Below are positions 24,720 to 34,553 of a DNA stretch of 64,000 nucleotides, piece by piece; position 1 is the stretch's first letter; each line of letters begins with the position of its first letter. Origin of the DNA: Bacteroidales bacterium (lineage in GTDB: Bacteria > Bacteroidota > Bacteroidia > Bacteroidales > WCHB1-69); assembly GCA_045616665.1 (NCBI GenBank), contig JAZLHE010000057.1, positions 1,898 to 65,897 on the forward strand, given 5' to 3'. The translations under genes were made by a program, and so were the position numbers. The notes under the pieces are model-generated. The model saw only the letters and a program-made list of their open reading frames with translations, was not told the DNA's origin and made no database searches.

Positions 24720-26183
24720 TTAGATGTTGAAATTAGCTTTGATTTCTTCTGTGTCGTCAAAATGGTGTTTGACGTGATTGATTTCCTGATAGTTTTCGTG
24801 ACCTTTACCGGCCACTAACAGCACGTCGCCAGCTTGCAAGAGCATACAGCCTGTCTTGATGGCTTCGCGGCGGTTTTCGATGACCAGAACTTTGCGTTTT
24901 TGGTCAGCCGTTACGCCTTGCTGCATATCATTGAGAATATCTTCGGGTTTTTCGGTTCGAGGATTATCAGAAGTTAGGATGACTTTGTCGCTGTATTCGC
25001 AGGCAATGGCTGCCATTTCGGGACGTTTGAGCTTGTCTCGGTCGCCGCCGCAGCCTACAACGGTGATAACCTGAACACTGTGCTGCGTAATATCACTGAT
25101 GGTGGTCAAAACATTCTTGAGTGCGTCGGGTGTATGCGCGTAATCCACAATGGCTGATGCTCCTTCGTTGTTTCTTATCAACTGGAAACGACCCGCTGCA
25201 CTGCCCAATCCGCTCATCTGCTGCAAAACTTCGTCGGTGTTCATACCCAGTAACACGGCCGTGCCATAGATGGCCAATAGATTGTATGCGTTGAATTTGC
25301 CGCAGAGGTTGAAGAAAACTTCCTTGCCGTTGATGGTCATCTGTAATCCGGTAAAGTCATTGTCTAATATGACGCCTTTGAAATCGGCTGCTTTTTGCAA
25401 ACTGTAAGTGTGTACTTTGGCTTTGCAGTTTTGTACCATTACCAAACCGTTTTTGTCATCGAGATTGGTAAGGGCGAAAGCGTCTTCCGGCAGTTCGTCG
25501 AAGAACATCTTTTTGGCCTTGATATATTCGGCAAAGGTTTTATGGTAATCCAAATGGTCGTGGGTGATGTTGCTGAACAGTCCTCCCGTAAATTGCAAGC
25601 CCGCAATGCGGTGTTGGCAAATGGAGTGTGAACTCACTTCCATAAAGCAGTATTGGCAACCGGCTTCCACCATACGATGCAGCAATTCGTTGAGCTCTAC
25701 GGCATCTGGGGTGGTGTGTGTGGATGGGACAACCGTTTCTTCAATTCGATTTTCAATGGTTGAGAGCAGGCCGGTTGGAAATCCCATTTTTCTAAATAAA
25801 CGATACAAAAGTGTAACGGTCGTGGTTTTGCCATTGGTTCCGGTAATGCCTACCAAACGGAGTTTCTGACTGGGAAAATCGAAAAATGCACTGGCCAAAT
25901 TACCCAAGGCGATGTCACTGTTAGGTACTTGAATGTAAGTAACCTGGTCATTGATTTCTTCAGGAAGCTTTTCACAAACAATGATTTCTCCGCCTTGTTC
26001 TATGACTTTGCCGATAAAATTGTGTCCGTCCACGCTTGTTCCACGCTGGGCGACAAACAAGGTGTCGGGATGTTCGGCATTGACTTTTCGCGAATCGAAA
26101 GTGATGTGCTCAACAATGCGTTCAGCAGTTCCAATTAGTTCGTGAGGACCAATATGTTGTAGTAGAAATGATAAATTTTTCAC
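24720..26183 (-). CDS. murE: UDP-N-acetylmuramoyl-L-alanyl-D-glutamate--2,6-diaminopimelate ligase
   Basis: Motifs seen: GITGTNGKTT, DYAHTPDAL, GCGGDRDKLKRP and TSDNPR (the DNPR motif of meso-DAP-adding enzymes). Confidence 0.92.
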   Translation of the reverse strand: MKNLSFLLQHIGPHELIGTAERIVEHITFDSRKVNAEHPDTLFVAQRGTSVDGHNFIGKVIEQGGEIIVCEKLPEEINDQVTYIQVPNSDIALGNLASAFFDFPSQKLRLVGITGTNGKTTTVTLLYRLFRKMGFPTGLLSTIENRIEETVVPSTHTTPDAVELNELLHRMVEAGCQYCFMEVSSHSICQHRIAGLQFTGGLFSNITHDHLDYHKTFAEYIKAKKMFFDELPEDAFALTNLDDKNGLVMVQNCKAKVHTYSLQKAADFKGVILDNDFTGLQMTINGKEVFFNLCGKFNAYNLLAIYGTAVLLGMNTDEVLQQMSGLGSAAGRFQLIRNNEGASAIVDYAHTPDALKNVLTTISDITQHSVQVITVVGCGGDRDKLKRPEMAAIACEYSDKVILTSDNPRTEKPEDILNDMQQGVTADQKRKVLVIENRREAIKTGCMLLQAGDVLLVAGKGHENYQEINHVKHHFDDTEEIKANFNI

Positions 26184-26195
26184 GGCAGATGTTTT

Positions 26196-28433
26196 TTAAT
26201 GTTCCAAATACAGGGTCATTGTATTTGTGTTGATATCATATTCTTGGCGGCGGACCACACCATATCCGACGATTTTTACTTTATAGCCCGAACGCGTCAG
26301 TTCGCTGACGGCATCAGCGGCAATCATTTCTTCAACACAAGGATATTTATCCTTGCTGTTGAATTTTGGTTTTTTTATGATTACTTGATAATTGTCAGAC
26401 CATCCTGAAGTAATGTAAGGCGTCGTTATTTGCTCTTTGGCGTAGTTAATGCCCAACGATTCCATAATGAAAGCATACTGCTTGGCATTTACGACGTGTG
26501 TGCGCGGCAGTTGCGGACCCTTTTCGGTATTGATGTTTTGCAGTGCCGCGTAGTTGGTCGTGTTCATAATGTTTTTGGCGATGCGGGCAAAAACATCTAC
26601 GGCGATGGAACTCTTGCGGGCAACATTATACATAAATACCAGACAGGTGTATTTCGGGTTTTCTGCAGGGAAATAGCCGCAGAAGGAAATGCTGTTTTTG
26701 CTGTAGTTGTAGGCGTGAATTTTTTCATCCCAAATGTCGCGCGTACCTGTTTTCCCGGCAAAATTGAAATTTGGATTACGGTAGTAGCGACCTGTACCGT
26801 GTTCTCCCGTAATAACGGCTTCCATATACGATTTTACCTTGTCAATGTTTTGTTGACTGCAGATTCGTTCATTGATTACTTCGGCTTTGAAACTTTTGAG
26901 CGTGTCTGTTTCGTGGGCTTTGGTGATGTATTTGACAAATAGCGGGGCGAGCATTTTGCCATTGTTGGCAATGGCATTGTAATACACCAAGGTCTGTATC
27001 GGCGTCATCGTGAAGCCGGCACCGTAACAAGTGTTGTAATAGGTGTGAAAGTCGCTGGCCTTGCGCTTGATGTTGGGTGCTTGAACTTTGCCCAGTTGAG
27101 TGGAAAAAGAGGTCGTGATGAACAATTGGTCAATTTTTTTCAAATAGGTCTGATAGCTGTCAATGCCGAAGGCATCGAAAATCATAGATGCTATGCCGAC
27201 ATTGGAAGAACGCTGAATAATGTCCACTGGTTTTCCTGTGGAAGGAGCGTCACCGTGGTGGTCGAATTTCGCATAGCGGAAAGTCTTGCTGCCGTCTTTG
27301 CTCTTGCGCTCAAACGTGTGGGCTAAAATCGGATAGACGTGGTCGTCATCTCCATTTTTCTGTTCAAGATAAGCCAAAGCCGAAGCAACTTTGAAAGTGG
27401 AACCCGGTTCAACCATTTTATGTAGGGCATATTCATCACTTTCGGTGTACTGTGTTCCTTCAGCATTGGCTCTGCGAAGATTGCAGATGGCCTTTACCTC
27501 GCCCGTTTGCGTTTCCATTACGATGGCGCAACCCCATTCCGCATTTTGTTCAATTAATTTGGTCTGAAGTTCATTATGAACGATATTCTGGATTTCCAGA
27601 TTCAGGGTAGTGTGAAGGTCATATCCGTCAATGGGTTCGACGCGTTCATCTAAAGGAAGTCGTGCCTTGTTGACATACAGGTATTTACGTGAACCTTCCA
27701 CACCGGCCAATTCTTTGTCGAAATAATATTCCATACCGTAGTTGCGGCCGTTGAGGTTCTTGCCAAGTGTTCTTTTGGCTAAATCTCCGTAAGGATTAAT
27801 ACGGACCGTACGGAATGTGTAATTAACGCAGCGATTGCACGGTCTTTCGGAAAACATTGGCAAATGGTTGATGAAAGCAGTGTCTTCCGAAGTAATCCAA
27901 TGTCGTTCATTGCTTTCATTCGATTGCAAAATCAAGGCGTTTTTATGATTTGCCAAGGCAATCGTGAACTTGTTGTGATAATATTTTTCGTTGCGATTCG
28001 GAAATTTATCTTTGAAATGATGATAAAATTCCGCACTTAATTTGTCGATAAGTTGATTAAGTGCTGTCGCAGAACGACTGTACAAAGTGTCTTTGCTGGC
28101 AAAGGTCCGTCCGTCTATGGTGAGGTCGAATACGGTTACATTGCTTACCAGTACCCGATTTTGATCGTCATAGATTTCTCCTCTGACGGGACGTACATTG
28201 TTGGCCACGACGTAGCAGTCGCAGTCTTCGTTTTGGGCAAGTGGGCTGTTTTCCCATCCTTCAACGGTTTTGTCCAAGCATTTGCTTGATTTGCCGGTAT
28301 AGAGACCTCTTTGAAAAGTAATCAAATATAGTATTTTAAACAGACAAAGTATGCCCAGGACCATAATGATGAGTAAAATAACCCCCATTCTGGTCTTAGT
28401 TTGTTTATCCAGCATTTTGTCGTTATTCGGCAT
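26196..28433 (-). CDS. ftsI: Penicillin-binding protein (class B transpeptidase, FtsI-like)
   Basis: N-terminal TM anchor. Transpeptidase motifs STFK (GSTFKV), SSN (RSSNVG) and KTGT (AGKTGTRD) are present. Confidence 0.85.
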   Translation of the reverse strand: MPNNDKMLDKQTKTRMGVILLIIMVLGILCLFKILYLITFQRGLYTGKSSKCLDKTVEGWENSPLAQNEDCDCYVVANNVRPVRGEIYDDQNRVLVSNVTVFDLTIDGRTFASKDTLYSRSATALNQLIDKLSAEFYHHFKDKFPNRNEKYYHNKFTIALANHKNALILQSNESNERHWITSEDTAFINHLPMFSERPCNRCVNYTFRTVRINPYGDLAKRTLGKNLNGRNYGMEYYFDKELAGVEGSRKYLYVNKARLPLDERVEPIDGYDLHTTLNLEIQNIVHNELQTKLIEQNAEWGCAIVMETQTGEVKAICNLRRANAEGTQYTESDEYALHKMVEPGSTFKVASALAYLEQKNGDDDHVYPILAHTFERKSKDGSKTFRYAKFDHHGDAPSTGKPVDIIQRSSNVGIASMIFDAFGIDSYQTYLKKIDQLFITTSFSTQLGKVQAPNIKRKASDFHTYYNTCYGAGFTMTPIQTLVYYNAIANNGKMLAPLFVKYITKAHETDTLKSFKAEVINERICSQQNIDKVKSYMEAVITGEHGTGRYYRNPNFNFAGKTGTRDIWDEKIHAYNYSKNSISFCGYFPAENPKYTCLVFMYNVARKSSIAVDVFARIAKNIMNTTNYAALQNINTEKGPQLPRTHVVNAKQYAFIMESLGINYAKEQITTPYITSGWSDNYQVIIKKPKFNSKDKYPCVEEMIAADAVSELTRSGYKVKIVGYGVVRRQEYDINTNTMTLYLEH

Positions 28434-28791
28434 CTTCGTCTAATTTTTCAACTACTATTTTATAAATATGTTTCTCGTTTTTTTCAAATCCCTTTTCATT
28501 CAATAGGTTAATCAATTTCTGATTTTCATCATAGAGAATGTAGCGGTTGTTGTGTTTGAGTTGTCCGATGGTAAGTTTGTATTCGGTTTCCAACTCTTTT
28601 ATTTTTTGTCTTTTATTGGCGATGGAGTGTTCGTTGATGACGACAAGCAACATTAAAATGAAGATATATAGGCAGAAAGGGTACCATTTCCTGGCACGCG
28701 AATTAAACAGAAAATCACCGGAAAGCACTTGCTTCCACAGACTGTCTTTTTTCTGTCCTTTGTTTTCTTCTGTCTTTTGCGTCGTTATCAT
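28423..28791 (-). CDS. FtsL-like small bitopic cell-division protein
   Basis: 122 aa with a single TM helix (WYPFCLYIFILMLLVVI) followed by a coiled-coil-like segment. It lies between rsmH and ftsI. Confidence 0.6.
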   Translation of the reverse strand: MITTQKTEENKGQKKDSLWKQVLSGDFLFNSRARKWYPFCLYIFILMLLVVINEHSIANKRQKIKELETEYKLTIGQLKHNNRYILYDENQKLINLLNEKGFEKNEKHIYKIVVEKLDEDAE

Positions 28792-28797
28792 AGATGA

Positions 28798-29697
28798 TCA
28801 TATTTTTTCTGCCACGCGTAATTTGGCACTTCTGGCTCTTGGGTTGATGGAGATTTCTTCTTCGTCTGGAATGATGGCTTTGTGGGTGAGAACCTTAAAT
28901 GGTGTGATGGGATTTCCGAAAAAGTCTTTTTCCACTTCGCCTTCAAATTTTCCTGAACGCATAAAGTTTTTGACCAAGCGGTCTTCTAATGAATGATAGG
29001 CGATGATGACTAATTTTCCGCCCGGGCGCAGACATTCTGCGGATTGGCTCAAAAATTCTTTCAAAACGGTCATTTCGTCGTTGACTTCAATTCTGATGGC
29101 CTGAAAAAGTTGGGACAGGATTTTGTTTTCTTTCCCTTTCGGTAGCAACGGTGTAATGGCTGCTACCAATTGTCCCGTGGTGGCGATTTCGTGTTTTTCC
29201 CTTTCGCTTACAATCTGCTGGGCCATTCGACGGCCGTTGTTCAATTCGCCGTAAGTGTAAAACAATTCGGCAAGTCTTTCCGGGGCATAGCCGTTGATGA
29301 TTTCGCGTGCCGAAATACCTTTCTGCTTATTCATTCGCATATCTAATTCACCATCAAAACGATGGGAAAAACCACGTTCTGCCGTGTCGAATTGGTAGGA
29401 AGAAACGCCCAGGTCGGCCAAGATGCCGTCTGCTGGAATGCCATTATAATATTGTAAGAATTTTTTCAGATGCCGAAAATTATTCGGAACAAACTGGAAA
29501 CGTTCGTCAGTGATGCTGTCTTTGAGAGCGTCCGGATCTTGATCGAAAGCGATAAGGCGACCTTGGGCGTCCAATGTTTCCAAAATTTTCCGAGAATGCC
29601 CGCCGCCGCCAAAGGTGACGTCAACGTAGGTACCGGAAGGGGTGGAAATAAGTTGTTCAATCGATTCTTTGAGGAGGACGGGATTATGGTAACTCAT
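28798..29697 (-). CDS. rsmH: 16S rRNA (cytosine1402-N4)-methyltransferase
   Basis: Motifs seen: MSYHNPVLL, VDVTFGGGGHS, ADLGVSSYQ and SYHSLEDR-type (IAYHSLEDRLVK). I trimmed the start to ATG 29697. Confidence 0.92.
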   Translation of the reverse strand: MSYHNPVLLKESIEQLISTPSGTYVDVTFGGGGHSRKILETLDAQGRLIAFDQDPDALKDSITDERFQFVPNNFRHLKKFLQYYNGIPADGILADLGVSSYQFDTAERGFSHRFDGELDMRMNKQKGISAREIINGYAPERLAELFYTYGELNNGRRMAQQIVSEREKHEIATTGQLVAAITPLLPKGKENKILSQLFQAIRIEVNDEMTVLKEFLSQSAECLRPGGKLVIIAYHSLEDRLVKNFMRSGKFEGEVEKDFFGNPITPFKVLTHKAIIPDEEEISINPRARSAKLRVAEKI

Positions 29698-30172
29698 TGC
29701 CTTCCTCCTTTCGCGCAGAATTAAATTGGCCACTATGGATGGCTTCGTTCAGTTCGTTCAGTTCTTCAGGAGTCATGTCGAACTCTTTGTGGTATTCTTC
29801 GCTGTTCCACATTTCAATCTTCCCGTTATCTAACAACAGAACCACTTCCCGGTCAATATTATATAATTCCATGAAGGGCTTGGGGATGACGATGCGGTCT
29901 TGAGCGTCACATTCCACAAAGGTATTGCGCGTAAGAAATGCGTTACGGTATTTCTTGATGGCGATGATGTTTCTATCTAATGAGTTAAGATAGTCCATTT
30001 GAGCTTTGTAGGATTTCATGGTCCACAGCATAACGTGTTTGCCAAAGCCGGGTGTGACCACGAAATTCTTACGGTCATCTTCATCCAATGCCTTCAAAAG
30101 CGCGGTTGGCAACTTGATGCGCCCGTGCTTCTCTATGGCAACTTCCCAATAACCGTATTCAAATGGTGACAT
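29684..30172 (-). CDS. mraZ: Division/cell wall cluster transcriptional regulator MraZ
   Basis: 162 aa with two SpoVT/AbrB-like halves (GRIKLPTALLKAL.. and DRIVIPKPFMELY..). It is the first gene of the dcw cluster. Confidence 0.85.
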   Translation of the reverse strand: MSPFEYGYWEVAIEKHGRIKLPTALLKALDEDDRKNFVVTPGFGKHVMLWTMKSYKAQMDYLNSLDRNIIAIKKYRNAFLTRNTFVECDAQDRIVIPKPFMELYNIDREVVLLLDNGKIEMWNSEEYHKEFDMTPEELNELNEAIHSGQFNSARKEEGNELP

Positions 30173-30198
30173 ATTACTTTTTATGAATTTTTACACCG

Positions 30199-30206
30199 CA
30201 AAAATA
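30199..30206 (-). promoter_or_regulatory. -7 promoter box (TATTTTTG) for mraZ/dcw operon
   Basis: It lies 27 nt upstream of ATG 30172. Confidence 0.45.
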
Positions 30207-30428
30207 AACAATATTTGTTTTCAATTTCCACTATTCTGTATATTTTGTCAAAAAAAATGTCTTTTTAATTATAATTTACTGATAATCAATATGGAAAAAA
30301 ATGGAATAAATTAATTTTATTTTTAAGGAATGACTTAAAATATTGATTTTCAAACACTAAATCGTATGCGTTTGATTTGTGTATAAATAATTACAAATCA
30401 GTAAATTATAATAACTATTCAGAATTTG

Positions 30429-30505
30429 TTCCAAAATTTTCCACAATTTTTTGTTGATTTTTGGAGTTTTGTGGAAAAAAATGGAAGAAAATGGGAAAAT
30501 TGGGA
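30429..30505. promoter_or_regulatory. Seven 10-bp-phased TGGRA/TTCCA pentamers (candidate MraZ boxes or phased A-tract curvature)
   Basis: TTCCA at 30429 and 30439. TGGAG at 30462, TGGAA at 30472 and 30482, TGGGA at 30492 and 30501. Further TGGAA pentamers lie at 30292 and 30302, and a TTCCA at 30226. Confidence 0.35.
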
Positions 30506-30513
30506 CTTATCAA

Positions 30514-30536
30514 CAAAAAAACGACCCGAAGGTCGT
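30514..30536 (-). terminator. Rho-independent terminator downstream of mnmA
   Basis: ACGACC-cgaa-GGTCGT, with the A-run 30514-30521 giving a U-run on the minus strand. Confidence 0.7.
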
Positions 30537-30562
30537 TAAGCTATGCACAGTCAAATGTTGAT

Positions 30563-31654
30563 TTAATAAATGATTCCTCCTCCGATGACCAAGCCGTCTT
30601 GGTAGAGTACGAGCGACTGACCCGGTGTGACGCCCCATACGGGATTTTCAAATGTCAATTTGATACTGAAGAGTTCGTCTTGACCTTCTTCGGTTTCAAT
30701 TTGGATATTGGCGGGGGTGGCTGCGCTGCGATAGCGAATGCGGGCCAGGCAGTGAGGATTTTTTGAGATTTGCTCCCTGTCGGTGAGCTTGCATTGACGT
30801 GCCCGAACTTCTAATGCCTCGAGATCTTCCCGATCGCCTAAAGTTACAGTGTTCTTTTCGGCATCAATGTGAACTACGTATTTTGGAACGCCAAATGCTA
30901 CTTTTAGTCCCTTTCGCTGTCCTATGGTGTAGTTGGGAAATCCTTCGTGTTGTCCTATCTTTTCGCCGGTGATGTCCAAAAAGTCGCCGGCTTGGCAGCG
31001 ATCCTCGAAATCGCTGACGTGTTGGGCCAAGAATTGACGGTAGTCGTTGTCGGGGATAAAGCAGATTTCCTGGCTTTCTTCCTTTTTCGACAATCTCTCA
31101 AAGCCTCGTTGTGCCGCCATAGTCCTGACTTCTGTCTTGGTGAAGTCGCCTAAGGGAAAGATGGTGTGTTTGAGGTTGTCTTCTGTGAGCATCCATAAAA
31201 AGTAGGTCTGATCCTTGAGCGTATCTGCGGCGGTGGCCAAATACCAATGTCCGTTTAATTCCTTGACACGGGCATAGTGTCCCGTGGCGATATATTCGCA
31301 GCCAAGCTTTTGCGCCTGTTCCCATAAAAATCCCCACTTGATGGACGAATTGCATAAAACGCAAGGATTGGGCGTGCGTCCGTGCATATATTCGTCAATG
31401 AAATTGTTGACGACGTGCTCTTTGAAAACTTGCCTGAAATCGGCGACGTGATGCTCAATGCCTAATTTGGCAGCCAAGTTGGCAGCTTCGCTGACGGCAT
31501 CAATGCTGCAGCAGCCGCTGGTGAGCTGACTGTCGTAGGTGCGGAATGTAACGCCAATCAGTTCGTAACCTTGTTCCAAGAGCAACATGGCAGCCACGCT
31601 GCTGTCAATTCCGCCACTCAGGGCCATTAATACTTTTCCTTTTATATGGGACAT
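30563..31654 (-). CDS. mnmA: tRNA 2-thiouridine(34) synthase
   Basis: PP-loop ALSGGIDSSVAA. Motifs TPNPCVLCN and IATGHYAR are present. I trimmed the start to ATG 31654 (MSHIKGK). Confidence 0.92.
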   Translation of the reverse strand: MSHIKGKVLMALSGGIDSSVAAMLLLEQGYELIGVTFRTYDSQLTSGCCSIDAVSEAANLAAKLGIEHHVADFRQVFKEHVVNNFIDEYMHGRTPNPCVLCNSSIKWGFLWEQAQKLGCEYIATGHYARVKELNGHWYLATAADTLKDQTYFLWMLTEDNLKHTIFPLGDFTKTEVRTMAAQRGFERLSKKEESQEICFIPDNDYRQFLAQHVSDFEDRCQAGDFLDITGEKIGQHEGFPNYTIGQRKGLKVAFGVPKYVVHIDAEKNTVTLGDREDLEALEVRARQCKLTDREQISKNPHCLARIRYRSAATPANIQIETEEGQDELFSIKLTFENPVWGVTPGQSLVLYQDGLVIGGGIIY

Positions 31655-31668
31655 ATTGCGATGTTTAA

Positions 31669-31998
31669 TCAGTGAAGAATATTTGAGCCGACAATCAGTT
31701 CGGTAAGTACGGCGGCGGCAACCGCCCCGATGGCTACGACCAGTAAATCTCTTTTCCGCCAAGACATGATGAGGGCTACCACGGTGGCGACTATGCCCGA
31801 AGTTAGACTAAGAGTTGAATAAATGACGTCGGGGAAGGTCATAGCGGATAAGACACAGAAGGGAATGTAGAACATAAAGTCCTTGAACCAGCGGTTTTCA
31901 ATCTTCCGATGGAATAGGGCCATAGGCGTTACCCTGATAAGATAAGTGGTTATGGCCATTACCGCCAACATAATTCCTGCAGCACCAAAACTTATCAT
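31669..31998 (-). CDS. azlD: AzlD family branched-chain amino acid transport protein
   Basis: 109 aa with 3-4 TM helices. It overlaps the stop of the upstream AzlC-like gene by 4 nt. Confidence 0.7.
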   Translation of the reverse strand: MISFGAAGIMLAVMAITTYLIRVTPMALFHRKIENRWFKDFMFYIPFCVLSAMTFPDVIYSTLSLTSGIVATVVALIMSWRKRDLLVVAIGAVAAAVLTELIVGSNILH

Positions 31999-32912
31999 TT
32001 CAGCACCTCCTTTCTATTTTCTTCTTTTTCTTCCACACGCAAAAAGGTCGCACAAAGAGCTGCTGCGCCAACGGCTGAGATAATGAGTGACCATCCACCA
32101 CCGTTTTGTGAAATCTGATTAATGAAAGGAACATATTTGAAAATACAGGAAATGGCTGCCGCAATGAGAACGGCGTAAAATATGTTCTTATTGGTGCGAG
32201 ACGGTGGGACGATGATGGCAATAAACATGCAGTATAAGGCAATACCCATGCACGATTGAATCAGAGGTGGCATCAATTCTGCGGCAAAGGCCCCCAAAAC
32301 CGTCCCCAACGTCCACCCGACAATGGGACAGGTCATCAGTCCGCCGAAAAACGGAAACGTGACATCGTCTTTTTCCATCGCTGCCAAGGCGAATATCTCG
32401 TCGGTAACGCTAAATGCCATAATGCAGCGCTTGTAGGTGGGCATCTTGTTGTCTATTTTCTGCGTGAGCGATAAACTCATCAGAAAATAACGGATGTTGA
32501 CCACCAGCGTAGTCATAGCCAGTTCAATGGCGGAAGCTCCACCCGCAATCATTCTAATACCGGCAAATTGTCCCGCCGATGCTAAATTGGTCAACGAAAT
32601 GAAGACCGCCACCCACGGGTCAAATCCCATTTGTACGGCAACCAACCCAAATGTAAACGAAACGGGAACATACCCTAATCCAATGGATTTGCCTAAAAGC
32701 AAACCTCTTACATAATCTCCGCGAGAAACACCTGTCGTGACCTTGGGTGAGTGCAATTGGGGCAGACGACGAACAATGGCAAGGTCGTGTACCATATTGT
32801 GGAGTCGTGCGTTGAGTTTATCCTGCTTCCACTTGATGGCGCGTACGGTAACTTTCCTGCGATGATTACGCTGGGAATGAAATTTCCGATATTTGTCAAG
32901 TTGTTCGTTCAC
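31995..32912 (-). CDS. azlC: AzlC family branched-chain amino acid permease component
   Basis: Multi-TM protein with an AzlC-like GLGYVPVSFTFGLVAVQMG region. It uses a GTG start at 32912, which lies 41-48 nt behind the -7 box at 32953-32960. The basic ~60-aa N-terminal extension is uncertain, and ATG 32795 is an alternative start. Confidence 0.7.
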   Translation of the reverse strand: MNEQLDKYRKFHSQRNHRRKVTVRAIKWKQDKLNARLHNMVHDLAIVRRLPQLHSPKVTTGVSRGDYVRGLLLGKSIGLGYVPVSFTFGLVAVQMGFDPWVAVFISLTNLASAGQFAGIRMIAGGASAIELAMTTLVVNIRYFLMSLSLTQKIDNKMPTYKRCIMAFSVTDEIFALAAMEKDDVTFPFFGGLMTCPIVGWTLGTVLGAFAAELMPPLIQSCMGIALYCMFIAIIVPPSRTNKNIFYAVLIAAAISCIFKYVPFINQISQNGGGWSLIISAVGAAALCATFLRVEEKEENRKEVLK

Positions 32913-33230
32913 AGGTGTTTATGAAATATTATCACGTTGAATTTTGAATTTGCAAAGATAAAAAATTTAGCGATGAAAAATTTGTTGTTGAGTCAATCGT
33001 TTTTCTCAACTTCTTATATCTTCAGATTTCAAGATAATGGTGTGACAAATAGAGGCGAGTTTCAGCTGTAGGTAGTTAACTGCACATCGGACCGTTGAAG
33101 TTCATCCAGTGATATTCTGAAAATGTCACGGTCAACATTAACATTTTAAAGTGTATAAATATTAGTAATCAATAAAAATAATGCGGAAATTTACTCGTAT
33201 TTTTGTAAGTTGTTGTAAATAGGAACAATT

Positions 33231-34544
33231 ATGAAGTGTTTTTTCGCAAAATTCCATAAATATCTGCTTTTGCTTTTCGCTTTTGCGATGCTTGTCGGTC
33301 AGCTTGACCTCTCCGCACAGTCCAAAAGTGCAAAGTTGAAAAATGATAAAAAGAAAATTGAAAACGAGATTGCCAATACCCAAAAACTGCTTAAGCAAAC
33401 GGAAAAAAATAAAAATGCTTCCTTGCAGCAGATCAGTGTGCTTCGTCAGCAAATCTCTAATCGGGAAGCATTGATTACCAATTTGAATTCTGAAATTTTT
33501 GCTTTAGAGGAAGAACTTGCGCTCAACGAAAAATTGTCGCAGGACCTGACGAAAAAATTGGAATATATGAAGTCTGACTACTCTCGGGTGGTTTATCTGG
33601 CATATAAAAACAGAAATTTAATCGACAAAGTTACTTTTTTGCTTTCTGCGGATAATTTTTCCCAAATGTTCCGTCGTATCAAGTATTATTCTGTGTTTGC
33701 CGACAATGTCAAACGTCAAGTGGAGTTGATTGAAAAGACACAGGCGGAGATCAAGGCAAAAAATGAAGAGATTTTAAGAATTAAAGATGAAAAACAGACT
33801 TTGCTTGAAGGCAAGGAAGTGGAAATCAAGCGTTTGGAGAAAGATCGTACGGCTACTACGCAGAAAGCGCAGGAATTGAAGAAAAAAGAGAAACAGTTGG
33901 CAGCTACTTTGAAGGAAAAACAAAAGAAAAGAAAAGAACTGGATGTGGCGATCAAGAAGGCCATTGAAGCTGAAATCGTAGCAGCAAATAAGAAAAAAGC
34001 CGCCGAAGCCGCCAAAAATTCCGCTAAGAATTCAGGAAAAACAGGTTCGGGTTCTGGAGACAAATCTGCCACCCCGGCGAAACCTGCTTCCAAAAATGAA
34101 ATTATGCTGACCCCAGAAGAACAGCTGATCAGCAATTCATTTGAAAGTAATAAGGGTAAGTTGCCCTGGCCTGTGGTCAAAGGTGCCAAAGTGGGCGACT
34201 TCGGCAGTTATCCGCATCCTGATGTGCCTTCCGTAATGATAGAAAACCGTGGTATCGATATTCTGGTGGAACCCAATACCGCTGTGCGTGCCGTGTTCCA
34301 AGGGGAGGTCACCGGAATCCTTGATGTAATGGGAACCAAGGTGCTGATGATTCGTCACGGCGAATACCTGACGGTTTATCAGAATCTGGCTTCCGTCAGT
34401 GTGAGAAAGGGAGATAAGGTGTCAACCAAGCAAACCATTGGAACCGTTGGAAAATCTACGAGCAACAACACTTACGAACTGCATTTCGAAGTCTGGAAAA
34501 ACAGTTCTTATCTAAATCCAAACGGTTGGTTGTCAAGAAAATAG
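33231..34544 (+). CDS. Murein hydrolase activator / M23 peptidase-domain protein with long coiled coil (EnvC-like)
   Basis: Signal peptide, then about 250 aa of coiled coil and a K/A-rich linker. The C-terminal LytM/M23 domain carries GIDILVEP..VRAVFQGEV..HGEYLTVYQNL..YELHFEVW. Confidence 0.8.
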   Translation: MKCFFAKFHKYLLLLFAFAMLVGQLDLSAQSKSAKLKNDKKKIENEIANTQKLLKQTEKNKNASLQQISVLRQQISNREALITNLNSEIFALEEELALNEKLSQDLTKKLEYMKSDYSRVVYLAYKNRNLIDKVTFLLSADNFSQMFRRIKYYSVFADNVKRQVELIEKTQAEIKAKNEEILRIKDEKQTLLEGKEVEIKRLEKDRTATTQKAQELKKKEKQLAATLKEKQKKRKELDVAIKKAIEAEIVAANKKKAAEAAKNSAKNSGKTGSGSGDKSATPAKPASKNEIMLTPEEQLISNSFESNKGKLPWPVVKGAKVGDFGSYPHPDVPSVMIENRGIDILVEPNTAVRAVFQGEVTGILDVMGTKVLMIRHGEYLTVYQNLASVSVRKGDKVSTKQTIGTVGKSTSNNTYELHFEVWKNSSYLNPNGWLSRK

Positions 34545-34553
34545 AGTTTTCTT

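Noticed and set aside
13480-30536. Two terminators (13480-13498 and 30521-30536) share the identical stem ACGACC/GGTCGT
   Set aside because: The stems are only 6 bp, the loops differ and the flanks are unrelated. This is most likely coincidence rather than a repeat family.
30461-30766. 101-aa + strand ORF (MEFCGKKWKKMGKLG...)
   Set aside because: It starts inside the phased TGGAA repeats, runs through the mnmA terminator and continues antisense into mnmA. It is spurious.
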